Shown here in pieces: positions 51,191-63,395 of a stretch of 64,000 nucleotides of DNA. This stretch comes from Octopus sinensis (Eukaryota). The position numbers and the translations under genes are program-made. The stretch lies in NCBI RefSeq assembly GCF_006345805.1, contig NC_043002.1, forward strand, positions 119,536,001 to 119,600,000, read 5' to 3'. Each line of letters starts with the position of its first letter. Positions within the stretch are counted from its first letter, which is position 1. The notes beneath the pieces were generated by a model. The model was not told where the DNA came from, made no database searches, and saw only the letters and a program-made list of their open reading frames with translations.

Positions 51191-52197
51191 GATATATAAT
51201 AAATTGTATACGTAGATCCATCTAGAGAAAGACTCAGTTCACACACACATACACAGACATAAGTACTACACACGTAGCAAAGGAAATAACGATGGGTGTG
51301 GATTGGCATAATCGGTAGAATATTGAAACTTTTATTACTTTCTCAGGTCAAATGCAACCCAGGTTAACTCCGATTCTTTACTCTCTGATATCAATAAAAT
51401 GCTAGAATTGACCTACTCGATTAAATCCCTGGGGAGGTGCCCCAGCATAATTTTGAGCGAACAACTGAAAATAGCAGAACTGCACCTTCGAATCTACGTG
51501 TTTCTGGTTACGTGCGATTCTTCGGGCGTCAATCTCTAAAGTTTTGTTAGTAATGGTGTGAAACTTGAGAGTCTAGAACTAATAAAGAATCAGGCTTGTG
51601 GGGCCATCGACTTGATTATGTGAAACGAGATTACAAGAGTTCGTGGGCAAACAAACTACTTCGGTACTAAAGAGTGTAGTGAGAGGATGTCATTGGAATT
51701 AGGCGGAAAGGCAATATCACTACCGTGTGTGTATGTCCGCAACAGTTTGAACAATCTCACCAAATTAAATCGAAGTTATCTAAGATTATCGTACAAACGG
51801 AATACTTGATATTTAACGAAACCGTTAAGATTTCCAAATGTGTGAGGCAGATCGCCAATTGGCTATAATGCCGGAAGTTAACAAGATATTTACAAACAGC
51901 AGTGAAATTAAGAAATCTTATTTAATCTGGTTTACCGGAAGATATATAACCCAGAGTAAGAATCAAACAAGAGCCGTTAACAGCAAAGCACATTGGAATA
52001 TCACAAAAAAACAACTATATAAATATGAGAAATCAAATAAGCTGCCATTTAATATAAATAAAACAACATTTAATATAAATAAATCTAGTATGGATATCAT
52101 CAGCTTCATATCGATTTTGAAACTTCGAACTCAAATTGTATCGTGTCTCACGAGGGCAGTGTAATATACTATATGGAAACACAGACACATATAATAT

Positions 52198-52347
52198 ACT
52201 CTTTTACTCTTTTACTTGTTTCAGTCATTTGACTGCGGCCATGCTGGAGCACCGCCTTTAGTCGAGCAAATCGACTCTGGGACTTATTCTTTGTAAGCCC
52301 AGTACTTATTCTATCGGTTTCTTTTGCTGAACCGCTAAGTGACGGTC
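52198..52347 (-). mobile_element. SINE family 2, 3' half
   Basis: near-consensus match. Confidence 0.88.
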
Positions 52348-52387
52348 ACAATTAAATACAAATATCTACATAAATGCATAAATCCAT

Positions 52388-52428
<41 letters not shown>

Positions 52429-52596
52429 TGAAAAGATTTGAGCCTAACCAAGAAACGGGGCTGCTATATAGCTGAAACAGCTTTTTCTGGTAAGTACAGT
52501 CTTTTCGGAGTATTCTTGCTCATTTTCATGATTCTGATATTTTAATCTTTTTTGCTGCAGATTTATGAATAAACAAGCTTCGAATTTACAAGGAAA

Positions 52597-52983
52597 ATGG
52601 AGAAAAGTGAGTATCATGCTGTTATAAAGTACCTTCATTTGAAAGGCATGACTCCATCAGAAATCCATGAAGATATGGTGAGAAACTTAACAGACAATGC
52701 TCCTTCATATGCAACAGGTGATCTCATTCTCGCCCACAACATCATAAGCAGAAAGTGTAACCTCTCGAAAGAGCTGTTCTTCACTCCTGCTCCAGAGCGT
52801 CGGCTGCGGGGTCATTCCGAAAAGCTCTACCTGCGACGATTTCATCTCAATCGAAGGAGAGGAGCTTTCCCCGTCCGGGTTGCGGATCCGTGGAACAAGC
52901 TGCCAGACGAGATGGTGAATATGCCGACGACCGCTTTGTTCAAAGCCTCCCTTGACCTCAAGTGGCCTGAACTCTTTACATGA
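52597..52983 (+). pseudogene. chimeric ORF: mariner transposase N-terminus fused in frame to an inserted CR1 3' end (copy 1)
   Basis: MEKSEYHAVIKYLHLKG..APSYAT|GDLILAHNI..LRGHSEKL..WNKLP..FKASLD; mariner resumes at 53069 (VKRWVNEFKRG). Confidence 0.8.
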
Positions 52984-53063
52984 ACACCACCCTGTACTTA
53001 ACTCCATGTCCCCTACATGGCCTTGCTACTTGCTTTTGAGCCAAATTAACTAACTAACTAACT
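52718..53063 (+). mobile_element. 5'-truncated CR1-type LINE with (TAAC)n tail
   Basis: CR1 C-terminal motifs; AACAG at both junctions. Confidence 0.85.
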
Positions 53064-53343
53064 AACAGTGAAACGCTGGGTAAATGAATTCAAGCGTGGC
53101 AGGAAAAGTATGGAAGATGATCGCGGACCAGGATCAAGAGGAGAGGTTTGTAATAAAACATTCGGCTAAAAATACAGACCACACATATAAACAAACCGGA
53201 TAGTACACAGATGGAGGTAAATTCGAAACATAGAATCCTGATAAATTTGAAGCAGAGATTATTTGGTTGTAAGTGCACCAGGAAGAATTCGTATTCGTGT
53301 CTTTCAAACAGATTAGCAGTTCGACACTAAAGAGTTACAGGGA

Positions 53344-53723
53344 GGAAGCACTCCGTCGGTTACGACGACGAGGGTTCCGGTTGATCCGAATCAACGGAAC
53401 AGCCTGCTCGTGAGATTACGTGTAAGTGGCCGAGCACTCCACAGACACGTGTACCCTTAACGTAGTTCTCGGGGATATTCAGCGTGACACAGAGAGTGAC
53501 AAGGCCGGCCCTTTGAAATACAGGTACAACAGAAACAGGAAGTAAGAGTGAGAGAAAGTTGTGGTGAAAGAGTAGAGCAGGGATCACCACCATCCCCTGC
53601 CGGAGCCCCGTGGAGCTTTAGGTGTTTTCGCTCAATAAACACTCACAACGCCCGGTCTGGGAATCGAAACCGCGATCCTACGACCGCGAGTCCGCTGCCC
53701 TAACCACTGGGCCATTGCGCCTC
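53344..53723 (-). mobile_element. SINE family 1, tail variant B
   Basis: TSD CACTAAAGAG(T/C)TACA. Confidence 0.92.
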
Positions 53724-53880
53724 CACTAAAGAGCTACAACCTATTCACTGATACTCTATTATACTATTTTCTCACTGAGATACTATAACTTGCCACCCAG
53801 AAGATCCCTATGATAGTAATAACCAATATACACGTGTATGAATCACAATAGTTCGTGTCGTTAATATTTAGCTAATATTT

Positions 53881-53922
<42 letters not shown>

Positions 53923-54089
53923 TGAAAAGATTTGAGCCTAACCAAGAAACGGGGCTGCTATATAGCTGAAACAGCTTTTTCTGGTAAGTACAGTCTTTCC
54001 GGAGTATTCTTGCTCATTTTCATGATTCTGATATTTTAATCTTTTTGCTGCAGATTTATGAATAAACAAGCTTCGAATTTACAAGGAAA

Positions 54090-54476
54090 ATGGAGAAAAG
54101 TGAGTATCGTGCTGTTATAAAGTACCTTCATTTGAAAGGCATGACTCCATCAGAAATCCATGAAGATATGGTGAGAAACTTAACAGACAATGCTCCTTCA
54201 TATGCAACAGGTGATCTCATTCTCGCCCACAACATCATAAGCAGAAAGTGTAACCTCTCGAAAGAGCTGTTCTTCACTCCTGCTCCAGAGCGTCGGCTGC
54301 GGGGTCATTCCGAAAAGCTCTACCTGCGACGATTTCATCTCAATCGAAGGAGAGGAGCTTTCTCCGTCCGGGTTGCGGATCCGTGGAACAAGCTGCCAGA
54401 CGAGATGGTGAAGATGCCGACGACCGCTTTGTTCAAAGCCTCCCTTGACCTCAAGTGGCCTGAACTCTTTACATGA
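54090..54476 (+). pseudogene. chimeric mariner/CR1 ORF (copy 2)
   Basis: differs from copy 1 at 3 nt. Confidence 0.8.
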
Positions 54477-54838
54477 ACACCACCCTGTACTTAACTCCAT
54501 GTCCCCCTACATGGCCTTGCTACTTGCTTTTGAGCCAAATTAACTAACTAACTAACTAACAGTGAAACGCTGGGTAAATGAATTCAAGCGTGGCAGGAAA
54601 AGTATGGAAGATGATCGCGGACCAGGATCAAGAGGAGAGGTTTGTAATAAAACATTCGGCTAAAAATACAGACCACACATATAAACAAACCGGATAGTAC
54701 ACAGATGGAGGTAAATTCGAAACATAGAAATCCTGATAAATTTGAGCAGAGATTATTTGGTTGTAAGTGCACCAAGGAAGAATTCGTATTCGTGTCTTTC
54801 AAACAGATTAGCAGTTCGACACTAAAGAGTTACAGGGA

Positions 54839-55218
54839 GGAAGCACTCCGTCGGTTACGACGACGAGGGTTCCGGTTGATCCGAATCAACGGAACAGCCT
54901 GCTCGTGAGATTAACGTGTAAGTGGCCGAGCACTCCACAGACACGTGTACCCTTAACGTAGTTCTCGGGGATATTCAGCGTGACACAGAGAGTGACAAGG
55001 CCGGCCCTTTGAAATACAGGTACAACAGAAACAGGAAGTAAGAGTGAGAGAAAGTTGTGGTGAAGAGTAGAGCAGGGATCACCACCATCCCCTGCCGGAG
55101 CCCCGTGGAGCTTTAGGTGTTTTCGCTCAATAAACACTCACAACGCCCGGTCTGGGAATCGAAACCGCGATCCTACGACCGCGAGTCCGCTGCCCTAACC
55201 ACTGGGCCATTGCGCCTC
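54839..55218 (-). mobile_element. SINE family 1, tail variant B (duplicated copy)
   Basis: part of the 1493-bp unit. Confidence 0.92.
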
Positions 55219-55513
55219 CACTAAAGAGCTACAACCTATTCACTGATACTCTATTATACTATTTTCTCACTGAGATACTATAACTTGCCACCCAGAAGAT
55301 CCCTATGATAGTAATAACCAATATACACGTGTATGAATCACAATAGTTCGTGTCGTTAATATTTAGCTAATATTTAGCACACACACACACACACACACAC
55401 TCCTTCCCTCTCTCTGTCTCACACACACGCACATTCACACACACAATACACACACACGTATACTTGCATTATATATATAGCACGCACAAACGCACACATG
55501 CACATAAATGTAT

Positions 55514-55816
55514 ATCTATATATATAAAAGTGAGGTTGTGTGGTGTCTGTCTCCTACGATTTAGATTCCTAACTGCTCCCACATTTTGCGGTGCAGTTTA
55601 AACAAAACCGGGTTTCTTATAGTCGTGATTCATATTGAGCCCTTCTGGGTATTAGCGCGCGTCTACGATGAATCTACGATTTAAAAAAAAATTACCATAA
55701 TTTTTCCGCATTTTAAATGTATTTTTGCTAGGTTTATATAAGGGAAGTAACTCTCTAAAAATGCTTATATAGTTATTTCCCTTACAAACCCGAGCAACGC
55801 CGGGCGATACTGTTAG
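55514..55816 (+). mobile_element. non-autonomous Helitron-type element
   Basis: TCTATATATATAAAA..CCCGAGCAACGCCGGG..TTAG; matches 6419-6805. Confidence 0.75.
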
Positions 55817-55942
55817 TAAGTTATTAAAATTAAAGTTTAGGTAGGAAATTTTAAAATTTAGCATCCAGTACAGAAGCATGTCGAAACGATTGTTATGATA
55901 AATAAAGCTTCCAGTACACCCTGCCTTCCGTATCAATTGCTT

Positions 55943-55987
<45 letters not shown>

Positions 55988-56163
55988 ATAAATATTAGGG
56001 AATAATCCAAATTTACAGGGAAAAAATCAGATTTAGGATTAAATCCAATTTTATAGTAAAATGTTATATAATATTAATTCGAGACAAAACCACTATTTTG
56101 CAAAACAAACAAGGAAAGACTTAATCAATACATAAAAATTTTAATATAAAATAAATAAACCGT

Positions 56164-56205
56164 CACTACAATTGTTTCATGTCCGCAAATGACATTCGTC
56201 AGGTG
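56164..56205 (-). ncRNA. minimal type I hammerhead motif (family F)
   Basis: CAC-CTGACGA-ATGTC(ATTTGCG)GACAT-GAA-ACAATTGT-A-GTG; GUA site; tail runs to (TA)n at ~55985. Confidence 0.8.
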
Positions 56206-56430
56206 GAATTCCGATCTAAAATATCAATATTTTAAAATATAAGTTTAAAATAATAAAATTATCAATGAAAAAATATAAATATATATAATCTATATATAAT
56301 CTATATATAATCAATATATAATCTAAAATAAACCCTATAAACAATTGAATATAAAGAAACCTATTATTAAAGTTCTCATATTTAAAGATGTACAAAAAAC
56401 AAAAAAACAAAAAAACATATATATATATAT

Positions 56431-56840
56431 AGGCACAGGAGTGGCTGTGTGGTGAGTAGCCTGCTTACCAACCACACGGTTCTGGGTTCAGTCCCATTGC
56501 GTGACACCTTGGGAAAGTGCCTTCGACTATAGCCTCGGTCCGACAAAAGCCTTGTGAGTGGATTTGGTAGACAGAAACTGAAAGAAGCCTGTCGTATATA
56601 TATATGTATATATATGTATGTGTGCGTGTATGTTTGTGTATCTGTGTTTGTCCCCCCAACATCGCTTGACAACCGATGCTGGTATGTTTACGTCCCCGTT
56701 ACCTAGCGCTTCGGTAAAAGACACCGATAGAATAAGTACTAGGCTTACAAAGAATAAGACCTGGGATCGATTTTCTCGACTAAAAGCCGGTGCTCCAGCA
56801 TGGCCGCAGTCAAATGACTGAAACAAGTAAAAAAGAAAAA
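56431..56840 (+). mobile_element. SINE family 2, full length
   Basis: consensus match. Confidence 0.92.
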
Positions 56841-56888
56841 AGAGTTATATTTACAACCACACATATATGTATATATATATGCAGAAAT

Positions 56889-56930
<42 letters not shown>

Positions 56931-57714
56931 TGCGAGTTTACACTTCTCAAAGCAACAAAACCCATGGTTCCTTTACACAGGTGTACAAAGACACACAAAA
57001 GAATCCACGTATATAAGCAAACCTCGTAATATACAAAGAGACAGCTTGGTACACACACATACATACATATATACACTTGGCATTACGTTACACGCTTTCA
57101 GCATTCAAAACAACAGAGATATATACTCACAAATCCCAGAGAGCTACAACGAGAAGTAAAGCACAGAAACAATGAGTATTACCTATGCTCACTTAATGCT
57201 TTTTATTTTTATTGATAGGATGATGTCTAAGATAGGAAAATTCCTGGAAAATAAAGGAATCCAGCTCGCATGGATTTCAACAGTGATAAAAGGAGCAAGA
57301 AAATTATATAGGTTCACCACAGTTATATTGGTAGAAGAAGAGTATTAAAGATAATCACATGATTAGGAAATCGGATTTTTTGTTGTATCTGCCGCAGTTC
57401 ATTGAACGAACGATTGGAAAGAAAAAGAATTTTAGAATGGTAGAAAATTCGGATTGAGGGAAATGTAGTCAAAATCAATGAACAAACATTACACACATAC
57501 ATATACGTAAACATACACACACATATACTCATATTGAACACATACATACGTACATACATACTTACATACATGTCTACATTCATTACTTACATACGTAACA
57601 TACGCACACACACCTTTATATAGTTGTGCATATATATGTGTGTGCGTGTGTGTGTGTGTGTGTAAGTGTATAAAATGCAGGAACACAAAATTATCTCGCC
57701 CTCTATCTTTATCT

Positions 57715-57727
57715 ACCTATCTATCTG

Positions 57728-57768
<41 letters not shown>

Positions 57769-57823
57769 CTATCAATCTGTCCATCTGTCTTTCTATCTAT
57801 CTCTCCATCTGTCTGTTTATCTG

Positions 57824-57913
<90 letters not shown>

Positions 57914-57996
57914 ATGCTCTTTATACATGCATATGTACATACAGAAGCACTCATATATAGAGAAATATGAACCGCATACTTTTCTCCAGATTGGTG

Positions 57997-58037
<41 letters not shown>

Positions 58038-58260
58038 TAGATATATATATATATATACATATATACACATATATGCATGTATATATGTGTATATATATAT
58101 ATATATGTACATATACATATATATACATGTATATGTATATATGTATATATGTATATATATGTATATATGTATATATGTATATATGTATATATGTATATAT
58201 ATATATATATATGTTTATATGTATGTATGCATGTTTGTATGTATATTCCTATGTATATAT
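57715..58260. repeat. (TATC)n, (CA)n and (TA)/(TATATG)n arrays
   Basis: direct reading. Confidence 0.92.
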
Positions 58261-58847
58261 GTGTATGTATACATTAGCTTATATACGCTTGAATACAAAC
58301 TTAAATTATATATTTGCATATATAAACATACACAACCATAAATACATATAATCTTTCATATAATATGGCCCTTGCGATGGAGTGAGCGAAACTTTAAAGA
58401 AACGAGTTATATATATGAGAGAGATTTTATAGGAAGGAGTGGGACGCCAAAGAATAAAAAGATGAATTTATTTGACGATCTACTGATAACTTGAATCAAA
58501 GTAGAATGATGCATAGCATAAATAATATGGAAGAATCAATAAAACAAGCGTTTAACGGAAGTAGAAATATATCTGTTGATCTCACATCAAACGTTCAATG
58601 TTAATGTTGGTAGATTTGTTAATTTCACTGGTGACCGAAAATACAATACTTATTTTTTTTTATTTATTTAATATTAGTATTATTCCTCACCTCAGTATTT
58701 CTTCATATTTCTAAATTTTGTTGTTTTCGACAATTCAACTGATCTCATATTCATTGTGGTTTCCATTGACCGTAAAATGTGTGTGTGTGGTTGTGAGTGT
58801 ATACATACATAATATATATATATGCATATATATATATATGCACACAC

Positions 58848-58883
<36 letters not shown>

Positions 58884-58884
58884 G

Positions 58885-58938
<54 letters not shown>

Positions 58939-59031
58939 TACATACACATATATATGCATGTGTATATGTTTATATATATACACACATATGTATATATATA
59001 TAGGTATATATATATGTATATATGTACATAT

Positions 59032-59067
<36 letters not shown>

Positions 59068-59777
59068 GCACACGGACGCACATATATTAATACATAAATA
59101 GATACATACCTACATGCAGATATATATATATATATACAACTATACATATATCCATATATGCAGAAAAACTCAAATAAATAGAGACATACACACATATATT
59201 TACATGTGAGTGTATATATTAGTATGTACGTATATACGTATGTATGCATGCATGCATGTATGTGTGTGTGTGTGTTTAGTTATCAGTAACTAAAACTGTT
59301 CAATACATTCTTATAACAGTAGTTGCATTTAAACTATAAATACGTTTTATGCATAATATTGATATTTTTATATACCAAATTTATACGAACCGTATCTTTT
59401 TTGACCAGAATTAATAATTAAGCTAACGAATTTTTATTCTCTTTTCGGATATAATTTGAATTAATTAATATTTCTTGGCTATTAACATTCATAAATCAGT
59501 GTGTTAGTGCACATTTTACTTCATCTACTTCTTACTCTGCCTGTATTTTTCTCTTTCTGCCACTCTCACGCATACACGCACATATACTTAAACATATATA
59601 TTTAGATAAGGGATGCACAAGTTCTCCACAACACATTATTTCAACTCACCAAAAACCGAGGTATATTATGCGTGTTTTTTTTTCTCTGAGAATAATCAAT
59701 AAACAATTAAAAATTAATTAGTGTTGTGATGGAACTAGGACACAGAATGTAGGAATATGGAATATATCATACAAACG

Positions 59778-59810
<33 letters not shown>

Positions 59811-59830
59811 CCCATATATATCACACACAC

Positions 59831-59904
<74 letters not shown>

Positions 59905-59918
59905 TATATATACATACA

Positions 59919-59949
<31 letters not shown>

Positions 59950-59979
59950 CATACATACATACATACATAATATATATAT

Positions 59980-60033
<54 letters not shown>

Positions 60034-60398
60034 CACACACAACCACGCAAAACACAGATACACTACACAAAATATATATAAGCAGCCGGAAGTGAATATG
60101 ATTAGAAATACAATTTTAAATATACAATACATTTCGACCACCACGGATCATCACGAATCTAATAACAGGGGTGAATTAATGCTGTTTTATAGCTAAATTT
60201 AAATGCTGTCTTAGGGTGCTAATATCTTAGTTGAAACAAAACAAGGAATGACATGCTCATGCGCTACGTAGGAGTCTAATGAAATCTTTGAATGTTTTTT
60301 TAAAACTCATTGAAAGTGATGATAATTAAAAATTATTAATCGAACAACAATGTGAAGAAAGTGAATGGAATGAAAATAATCTTACCAATATAATACAT

Positions 60399-60781
60399 GG
60401 AAGCACTCCGTCGGTTCCGACGACGAGGGTTCCGGTTGATCCGAATCAACGGAACAGCCTGCTCGTGAAATTAACGTGTAAGTGGCTGAGCACTCCACAG
60501 ACACGTGTACCCTTAACGTAGTTCTCGGGGATATTCAGCGTGACACACAGAGAGTGACAAGGCCGGCCCTTTGAAATACAGGTACAACAGAAGCAGGAAG
60601 TAAGAGAGAGAGAGAGTTGTGGTGAAAGAGTACAGCAGGGATCACCACCATCCCCTGCCGGAGCCTCGTGGAGCTTTAGGTGTTTTCGCTCAATAAACAC
60701 TCACAACGCCCGGTCTGGGAATCGAAACCGCGATCCTACGACCGCGAGTCCGTTGCCCTAACCGCTGGGCCATTGCGCCTC
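60399..60781 (-). mobile_element. SINE family 1, tail variant B
   Basis: perfect 13-bp TSD CAATATAATACAT. Confidence 0.93.
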
Positions 60782-60884
60782 CACAATATAATACATACAC
60801 TCATACACACATACATATATACATACGTACATACATACATACATATATACATACATACATACATACATACATATATGATGATTG

Positions 60885-62395
60885 CTACTTCTTTATAGAA
60901 GAAGGCCATCTCTTCAATTAATAAATACTGTCATGAGATCTTATATGACTAGCAAGTCCTGCTCTTGATAAACTCTATTGCAGATCTTACAAATATTTTA
61001 AAGTAGGAAAGTGCCTGGGATTGTAGTTAATTCCTGTCTACGAAGTGCTCGTTTCAAGATAGATGCTTTACACCTATTGTAGATCATTTCTTTCCAAACC
61101 AATCGATCTTGCGTCACCTGCTCCCAGTCTTCAACTTTCACATTAAGAGCCTTAACGTTGCTTTTGACAGCATTCCTAAAACGTTTCCTAAGTTTATGCC
61201 TCGGACGTTTGCCACCCCGCAACTCCCCGTAAAACAACTGCTTTGGCAACCTGTCATCCAGCATCCTAGCAAGGTACCCAACCCAATGCATCTGATTGCA
61301 TATGAGGATCATTTCAATACTGGATGTGTTAGCTTGCTGAAGAACAATGGTGTCTGGTGTTAAAGACTCCCATTTGATGTCTAGTATCCTCCTTAGGCAA
61401 GTATGATAGTATCTTTTTAAAGCCTTGACGTGGCACCGATATGTCGTCCAGATCTCAGAAGAGTACAGGAGGATCGTTAAAATGCAAGATTCATAGATAC
61501 TAAGCTTCATTTTGAAGGTAATGCCTCTATCAGACCACACACGATTTTCAAGCCTTCCAAATGCTTTACTGGCTTTTTCAATTATCAGGTTTCTTTTAGA
61601 ATCAAGGGATCCATCTCTAGAGAGTGGGCTGTCAAGGTAGATGAACGTGTCAACTACATCTAATTTTGTATCTTGGACGAAAGTGTTAGTTTGCACGTAG
61701 TGTTGGCCTGGTAGCTGAGAGAACACGATCTTTGTTTTCTTTAGACTGATGGAAAGTCCAAAAGCAATACAAGCTGTAGAGAAGAGATCCAGTATAGCTT
61801 GCATTCCTCCTCGGTGTGAGCAACGATATCTACATCATCAGCGTAAAGGAGCTCTCAAACAAGGGCCTGGAATGTCTTCGATTTTGCATTAAAGCGTTTA
61901 ACATTAAAGATCTTACCTGTGGTTCTGAAGTGACTATAGACGCCGATATCACAGTCTTGGAAAACGTGCAAGATAGTTACAGCGAAATATATGGAAAAAA
62001 GTGTTGCAGCAGCAATATCACCCTGTTTAACTCTGTTATTGATGGAAATTGGTTCCAATAGTGTCTTATTGAAGTTAAGACGAGCTTTCATATCATTATG
62101 AAGTTGCTTAAAAAGGTTGACAAATTGAGGTCGACATCCAAGTTTACCAAGAATGGTCTAGAGAACGTCCTATTAACAATGTCGAAGGCTTTTGTTAAAT
62201 CGATAAATACATAGTAAATCCACAGATACATAGTAAAGAGTGTATTGTGCCACGTCTTGATTTAAAATCACACTGACACCCCGGGATGACAGAGGGGCAT
62301 ATCCACATTGTTAGCCGATTAAGTAAAAGTTCTGCAAAAAGATTCTGGATCTCTCCAGCAAGCCTATTACTTCCGTGGAGGAGAATTTGAACAAG
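60885..62395 (-). mobile_element. decayed RTE-clade LINE (RT domain to 3' end)
   Basis: CQCDFKSRRGTI, VDLTKAFDIVNR, VKQGD, LLYADD (61834-61845), LLYSSEIW, RLPKQLFYGEL, C-terminal CKIC..SHIRSH. Confidence 0.95.
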
Positions 62396-62839
62396 GATAT
62401 CTTCAACCAACAACGACAGTAGCAGCGGTAATGACAACAACAACGACAACAACAACAACAACTACTACTACTACTACCACCACCACGATGGCAACACCAT
62501 GGGCGAACACGCAAACATAGAGATACAGAAACTATATCAAGTTTTCGGGTCCTATGACAGCTGCAGCGACAACGGGGACAGAGGATGGAGCTGAGGGGAA
62601 GGCCATACTGCTATTAAGAACAATGAAACACACACACATGCACGCATGCACGCATACATTCACACACACATACATGCACACACGACTACATGCACACACG
62701 CATACATGCATACACGCCACACACACAACATACATGCACACACACATACACAGACGCAAAGGCATGCGCACATAAAGATACACATCACAGAACAGCTAGA
62801 ATGAACTAAGCGGAGCAAGAGTACATACATAGACGGAAA

Positions 62840-62884
62840 TGTCTCTGAAGAGGTCACAGATGTGTGACGAAAGATTTCCAGACA
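62840..62884 (+). ncRNA. near-intact minimal hammerhead motif (family I)
   Basis: TGTCT-CTGAAGA-G-GTCACA(GATG)TGTGAC-GAAA-GATTT-C-C-AGACA; one extra C before stem I. Confidence 0.6.
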
Positions 62885-63221
62885 ATGGACATGAGTTGGT
62901 ATTAGAACAGTAATAAACGAGTGAAGAAAAAAATATATAGTGCGTGTGTGTATTTGGCAAAAACAAAATGACCGTCCCGAAATACATTAATATCTGTTTT
63001 AACACACGATTTCACACCAGGAGTCTTGAACAAATATATTTTCTGTATCTTATATTCGACTCCCTCGCTCTTTGTTTCTTTTCATCTTTGTTTCTCTATT
63101 TCTTCTTCCTTATTTTTAAAAGTAAACAAAAATATGAATATCCATTCATAAAGCGCTTTTCAGAAAACTTCGGTTTCTTTATTTACTTTTCGTAGTGAGT
63201 TACTTTTGTTTAATAATATTC

Positions 63222-63222
<1 letters not shown>

Positions 63223-63304
<82 letters not shown>

Positions 63305-63395
63305 GTCTGTCTGTCTGTCTGTATGTCTGTCTGTCTGTCTGTCTGCTGTCTGCCTGTCTAAAACTCCCTCTCTCCCTCTCTCTCTCTCTCTCTTT
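63223..63395. repeat. (TATC)n/(TGTC)n/(CT)n array
   Basis: direct reading. Confidence 0.93.

Larger units (their letters stand above)
52389..55400. repeat. near-identical tandem duplication, unit 1493 bp, bounded by (CA)n
   Basis: ATG at 52597 vs 54090; (CA)n at ~52389, ~53882 and ~55378. Confidence 0.95.

Noticed and set aside
51478-51720. MAM-like (NCTFESTCFW) and SRCR-like (IRLVGPST) peptide snippets
   Set aside because: They are short matches in different frames, broken by stops and without further domain motifs
57120-57260. Strong minus-strand splice signals around a 13-nt micro-exon and an upstream exon
   Set aside because: The upstream exon has stops in all frames and the implied intron is only ~40 nt; unsupported without RNA data
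588-60144. Dozens of ORFs rich in YI/CV/YLSI/MYVC/poly-L/poly-Q
   Set aside because: They are translations of stop-free microsatellites
275-60781. tRNA-like sequences
   Set aside because: They are SINE heads continuing into SINE bodies, with no complete cloverleaf or acceptor stem
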